NCBI GenBank assembly: GCA_003345555.1
Contig: PRDJ01000036.1
Span: forward strand, 1 to 32,000
Reading direction: 5' to 3'
DNA from: Candidatus Thorarchaeota archaeon
GTDB taxonomy: Archaea; Asgardarchaeota; Thorarchaeia; Thorarchaeales; Thorarchaeaceae
DNA length: 32,000 nt
Part shown: positions 27,976-32,000 of the stretch, piece after piece
Layout: each line of letters opens with the position of its first letter
How positions within the stretch are numbered: position 1 is the stretch's first letter
The notes under the pieces: model-generated
What the model saw: only the letters and a program-made list of their open reading frames with translations
Told to the model about the DNA's origin: nothing
Databases searched by the model: none
Made by a program: the position numbers and the translations under genes

Positions 27976-28671
27976 ATGGCCTTCGGGATTGTCAACTATG
28001 CTTATGCAATTGCGGCCGCTCTTGCTTCTGTGTGCGTCATGGCTGTGCTAAGCAGATACATCCGACGACGGCAGGGCTTGGCCCTCTTCTTCGTGTTCTT
28101 CTTGGCCGCCTGTGTGGTGTTGTGCTTGACTTATGCGCTGAGGGGCTTCTATGAGGTCTATCAGGCTCCGGAGCTACTACTGTGGCTACTGCAAAACTAC
28201 ATGTATATCGTGATCACGGTGCCTCTCGCTCTCTTCCTGATCTATCCCCTGTTACAACAGACAAGAGGACAAAGGTCTTACTACATCCTGTGGGCGGTCA
28301 TTGCGGCTATTGGGTTGATTGCACTGTTCAATGCGTTGATGATTGCCGTTTCGCAGATTGAGTTTACCTTCACGGACAACTACGGATTGGCCCACTATAG
28401 GCTGGTGTATCTGCCAATTCCCAACGTGTACATCATCACACTGGGACTTGACGTGATGGTATCGAACGTATCACTCGTTCTGCTGGCAATCAGCTACAGA
28501 AAGGAATCGGATCCCTTCTACAAGCGCAGAGCCCTGTTTCTCTTTGTGGGTTGGACAATCGTGACGTATGCCCAGCTCCTTCACCTGGAGCCATCGCTTG
28601 TCATCCTCAATCCCTTTGCCCTAATCATTGGCACAATTCTTGTCTCGATCGCTGTTTACTTCGGTCCGTGA
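27976..28671 (+). CDS. Polytopic (about 6-7 TM) membrane protein of unknown function
   Basis: The ATG at 27976 is preceded by GAGTGAT (SD-like). The product is almost entirely hydrophobic helices. Confidence 0.75.
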   Translation: MAFGIVNYAYAIAAALASVCVMAVLSRYIRRRQGLALFFVFFLAACVVLCLTYALRGFYEVYQAPELLLWLLQNYMYIVITVPLALFLIYPLLQQTRGQRSYYILWAVIAAIGLIALFNALMIAVSQIEFTFTDNYGLAHYRLVYLPIPNVYIITLGLDVMVSNVSLVLLAISYRKESDPFYKRRALFLFVGWTIVTYAQLLHLEPSLVILNPFALIIGTILVSIAVYFGP

Positions 28672-28684
28672 TTATGCAGGACCG

Positions 28685-29404
28685 TCACGGTTTCAACCGC
28701 ACCATGACGACAACTGGTATAGCTATAACACTTACAGAAATCAAGAACCAAAGAATCGTGTTGAGAGGCGGTAAGTCTGGATCTTCAGACTTCTCGGACG
28801 ACATGAATGATTGAATGTTGCTCTGGCCAAGCACGGTTGTGGACCAACTCCAGTAAGCCTCAGGATAGGCATGAAGCGAGGGACCGTGGCTCTCTGATAC
28901 ACAGACAAGAACACCAAGAGCGGACTCGTAGTAGAAGTCTCTCTGCACATCGTAGTCACTCTGAGTCCAGATAGTCTGGCATCTCCAGCACGTGAAGGTA
29001 CCCACGGGAACATTCACCACAGCAGTTGCCGTGTCATACACAGGAGCCATTGGGTTTGCTGGCGGGATTCTTCCTTGGCCCTCGCCCAAAGTGGCAGTGT
29101 CCATCCATAACGGATCCATGAATGCGCCCGCTTCTGTACCGTTCGAGTCCACGATACTCCAGCTTGGGAGCTTCACGTACTGCACATTGTCATCTGAGTA
29201 TTCTATTTCTACAATCTCCTGCTCTTTCAGCCAGCTTAATACTTCGTACTTCACCTGTGAGCTGGCAGCACTAGTACCAGAGGCCGAATCAAAGACATCA
29301 TATTCCAACAGGAGGCCTATAGGAAAGTCTGCAGATGTCGGTTCTGCACTTGCTTGGGCCTGCACAGGTATGCCACCCATAAGAACGAAGAGGACTGAAA
29401 CCAA
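28685..29404 (-). CDS. Secreted, membrane-anchored protein of unknown function
   Basis: Signal-peptide-like N-terminus (…VQAQA) and a C-terminal TM followed by basic residues. The start is ambiguous (see findings). Confidence 0.75.
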   Translation of the reverse strand: MVSVLFVLMGGIPVQAQASAEPTSADFPIGLLLEYDVFDSASGTSAASSQVKYEVLSWLKEQEIVEIEYSDDNVQYVKLPSWSIVDSNGTEAGAFMDPLWMDTATLGEGQGRIPPANPMAPVYDTATAVVNVPVGTFTCWRCQTIWTQSDYDVQRDFYYESALGVLVCVSESHGPSLHAYPEAYWSWSTTVLGQSNIQSFMSSEKSEDPDLPPLNTILWFLISVSVIAIPVVVMVRLKP

Positions 29405-29668
29405 GATAGTGGCCTTTTAACACGCATGAACTACACGCACTACGACCGCCTCTCCCTTACCACAGCACAGGGCAACCAAGTCTTCTTGCGCATCAACTTG
29501 GTTTAGGTTTCTTGGTCCCTAATGACAGTACAATTCGAAGCGTGGCACTGGCATAGAAGCAAGACGTGCCTTCATACAATAGCGAGCCCTGCCGCGCTAG
29601 CCGGTGTTTCGCTTCGATAGTCACGCTTTAGAGCCGGATAATCACGCACTCATCCGAGGTTCCGACGT

Positions 29669-30877
29669 TTGAACGTACGACGAGCAACAGCAGACGACAT
29701 CGATGCGATAACAGAGTTGTCTCGATATGCCTACGGAGAACCTGAAAGTGAGTCCGCGATATCGCGGAAAAGGGCAGAATTCGGATATGAGCGGTCCTAT
29801 GTTGCTGAAGATGATGGTCGGATTACTGCTGCATTGCGGGTTTACCGCTTCGAGCAGAACATTCGAGGAACATGGAAGAGCATGGGGGGCATTGGGGACG
29901 TCGCCAGCGCTCCCGAGGTCCGACGGCAAGGGCAGATAAGAGACCTATTCACCCAAGTCATGGAATCGATGCGGAAGGAAGGTCTGGTCATTAGTACGCT
30001 ATGGCCCTTCAAGAACTCTTTCTATGCCCAATTTGGTTATGCGACGTTGCCCCCCAACCGTCGACTTGAGGCTGACCCGTCTATGTTCTCCCAGTGGCCG
30101 TTACCTCGCGGCTATCGCTTGGAGAGATTGCCATTTTCCACAGGCATCAAGCAGTACAGCAAAGTGCATGCAGCAGCCGTCGAGTCAATTCACGGAGCCG
30201 TTCGCAGAGATGAGGCACGTTGGACGGAACTGGGGATTGGAAACAAGGATGAGATAGCCATTGTGTACGGCCCGACTGGCGAACCCGAAGCAGGAATGTG
30301 GTACAAAGCACAGGGCTATGGAGACCCACCCGATGCCAGTGAGAAGCCTGGTACAATGAGGGTCATCGAGTGCTATTGGCTTAACCCTAGGGCACGGGCA
30401 GCATTGTTCAACTACATCTACCTGCATTCTGACCAGACAGTAAGTGTCCGTATCCCCGTCAGTCCGTCTGATGAAGACTCCTATCTTTGGATCGACAGCT
30501 TCAACCGCAAGGCGGTGCTGATTAGGACAACGGGCACTGCCATGGCCAGAATCATCGATGTGGTCGATTTCATCCGGGGTTTGCCTGCCAGCCAAAAGGA
30601 TCGCCTCGGAGTCAGAGTTAGAGACCGGCAGTGTACTTGGAACAATCAGACATTCCAGCTAGAGTGCGATGGTCGCCTGATGACCGTCTCACAGGCTGGT
30701 AATGCCGCAGCAAGGACTGAATTGACAATCGAAGGGTTGACTGCGCTCTGCTATGGCGCCCTGACGACGCGTGAGCTGAGGGAGTACGGATGGTTGAGTG
30801 CTCATTCCGAGGATGATTTGCGGCTACTGGATACTTGGTTCCCTACGAAATGCCCTTGGCTAAAAGAACCATTCTAG
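29669..30877 (+). CDS. Eis-like GNAT acetyltransferase
   Basis: 402 aa. Contains VASAPEVRRQG, LWPFKNSFYAQFGY, MARIIDV and a C-terminal SCP2-like region (VRDRQCTWNNQTF). Confidence 0.9.
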   Translation: MNVRRATADDIDAITELSRYAYGEPESESAISRKRAEFGYERSYVAEDDGRITAALRVYRFEQNIRGTWKSMGGIGDVASAPEVRRQGQIRDLFTQVMESMRKEGLVISTLWPFKNSFYAQFGYATLPPNRRLEADPSMFSQWPLPRGYRLERLPFSTGIKQYSKVHAAAVESIHGAVRRDEARWTELGIGNKDEIAIVYGPTGEPEAGMWYKAQGYGDPPDASEKPGTMRVIECYWLNPRARAALFNYIYLHSDQTVSVRIPVSPSDEDSYLWIDSFNRKAVLIRTTGTAMARIIDVVDFIRGLPASQKDRLGVRVRDRQCTWNNQTFQLECDGRLMTVSQAGNAAARTELTIEGLTALCYGALTTRELREYGWLSAHSEDDLRLLDTWFPTKCPWLKEPF

Positions 30878-30933
30878 GTCCTATGTTATCGAGGCGAATC
30901 GCGTTCTGGACAGATGGCAATTCCTCAGGCGGT

Positions 30934-31617
30934 CTAAACAAAGCCTCTTGGAGGAGCTCCAGTGAGCCTCAGCTGAGGAGCCCTAGAATCGCCGACCTCC
31001 TCTCTCGAAGATACCTCTCTCTTCAGCTTCTCGTACTCACGCTCACACGTGGCTGATAGCTGGAACTTGCTCCATTTCAGCTTGATTTCCTTTGGCGTGA
31101 TGCTCTTGATGAACTCGTCCGGAACGAGGAAGTCGATATTCGGCCGCGTCCCTATTCTCTCAAGGGTTTCTTCGACGAAGCCGCCACCTAATACAAGCCA
31201 GATCTTATTGGCTGTGTCAAACCAGATGTCGATCACGTTACCTATGTTTAGGCCATCCGAATCCAAGACCCGGAGCTTGGCAAGTTTGGTGAGCTTCATG
31301 TCCTCTGGTGTTATAGTCCCAGTGTCCAGTGTCGTCTGTAGTGAGTTACAGTTGGTCTTCAGATACACATGATCCGTGACTTTGTCGATACAGCCGAGTT
31401 GAAATACAGGGTCCTTGTCTCGAATGACGTGGACATCTTCCAACAACTCTTCCACGCGGCTGCCGCCGAGAACCACAGACTTCAATGCTATCTTGTTCTC
31501 AGTAAATCGGAATATGAAGTCGGTAACCCTACCGATCTTCTTGCCATCTGAACCGTATACAGACTTATGCTTTAGCTCGGAGAGCTTCAGATTGCAGCAT
31601 TCGAACACTGTTGACAC
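30934..31617 (-). CDS. Protein with two PRC-barrel domains
   Basis: Two repeats: LSELKHKSVYGSDGKKIGRVTDFIF and LTKLAKLRVLDSDGLNIGNVIDIWF, each followed by LGG. Confidence 0.85.
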   Translation of the reverse strand: MSTVFECCNLKLSELKHKSVYGSDGKKIGRVTDFIFRFTENKIALKSVVLGGSRVEELLEDVHVIRDKDPVFQLGCIDKVTDHVYLKTNCNSLQTTLDTGTITPEDMKLTKLAKLRVLDSDGLNIGNVIDIWFDTANKIWLVLGGGFVEETLERIGTRPNIDFLVPDEFIKSITPKEIKLKWSKFQLSATCEREYEKLKREVSSREEVGDSRAPQLRLTGAPPRGFV

Positions 31618-31729
31618 CTACTGTTAGCGTTGACCATTCAGTAACATGCGGGGCATTCAAAAGCTTTTGCCTTGAGCAGGCATTCGTGCAGGAGGTGTCC
31701 TTGCCAGAGATACTAGGGCGTATTGCCTT

Positions 31730-31999
31730 CTACTTAACAACGGTCCTTTTCAGAGTCTCATAGGAACCGTATCCGCCAGTTGTACCGTCCAGCTCAAACT
31801 GACCAAAAGACTGAACGAGTATTGATTTTGTGCCCTTTTCATCCAGAAAGGGGAGAGGTATCATCGACCCAGGCCTTGCCACAAGTCTGTGCTTCTTGCC
31901 TCTTGCATCGATGAGTTCGAGTTCTGTTCCGGCTGGAAGAAGGGCATCCTTTCTTAGCTCGTGCTTCACTAGGCGTATCTCCCGAAGCGGGATATTCTT
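31730..31999 (-). CDS. 3' part of a hypothetical protein (starts beyond window)
   Basis: Frame is open to the window edge: KNIPLREIRLVKHELRKDALL...TLKRTVVK*. Confidence 0.6.
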   Translation of the reverse strand, partial: KNIPLREIRLVKHELRKDALLPAGTELELIDARGKKHRLVARPGSMIPLPFLDEKGTKSILVQSFGQFELDGTTGGYGSYETLKRTVVK

Positions 32000-32000
32000 T

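Noticed and set aside
27545-27995. Short ORFs between the second beta-helix gene and the 7-TM gene
   Set aside because: Mutually overlapping, no SD or motif support, probably intergenic promoter sequence.
29474-29503. 8-bp inverted repeat aaccaagt/acttggtt in a divergent intergenic region
   Set aside because: It is a single occurrence with no second copy seen in the window, and a repeat of this length can arise by chance.
31658-31669. Perfect palindrome caaaagcttttg upstream of the PRC-barrel gene
   Set aside because: It can be explained as adjacent purine-rich BRE and T-rich TATA elements (similar to 6559-6575); there is no evidence for a separate operator.

Overview
Archaeal window, most consistent with an Asgard archaeon such as Thorarchaeia. 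This assignment is inference from gene content, crenarchaeal-type SSBs and a eukaryote-type SECIS. The centre (minus strand, ~6.6-17.4 kb) is a tightly coupled heterodisulfide reductase/[NiFe]-hydrogenase cluster in the order hdrA-like with an NAD(P)H-oxidoreductase insert, a possible 42-aa ORF, hdrC, hdrB, two complementary partial hdrA genes, mvhD, a small winged-helix gene, mvhG and mvhA/vhuA. MvhA lacks its C-terminal Ni-binding motif. The missing piece is a 50-codon gene absent from the ORF track (6669-6821, minus): vhuU, with an in-frame UGA (selenocysteine) at the Ni-ligand position in an unusual D-C-U-L-S-C motif. It is followed by a eukaryote-type SECIS whose AUGA core contains the gene's own UGA stop codon. 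The flanks carry a partial eutA, two GNATs, corA, a tandem pair of small membrane paralogs, a tandem pair of SSBs with contrasting tails, an MBL hydrolase, a stalked surface alkaline phosphatase, an AOR-family oxidoreductase with a possibly structured leader, two beta-helix surface proteins and a double PRC-barrel protein. No rRNA, tRNA, CRISPR array or mobile element was recognised by eye.
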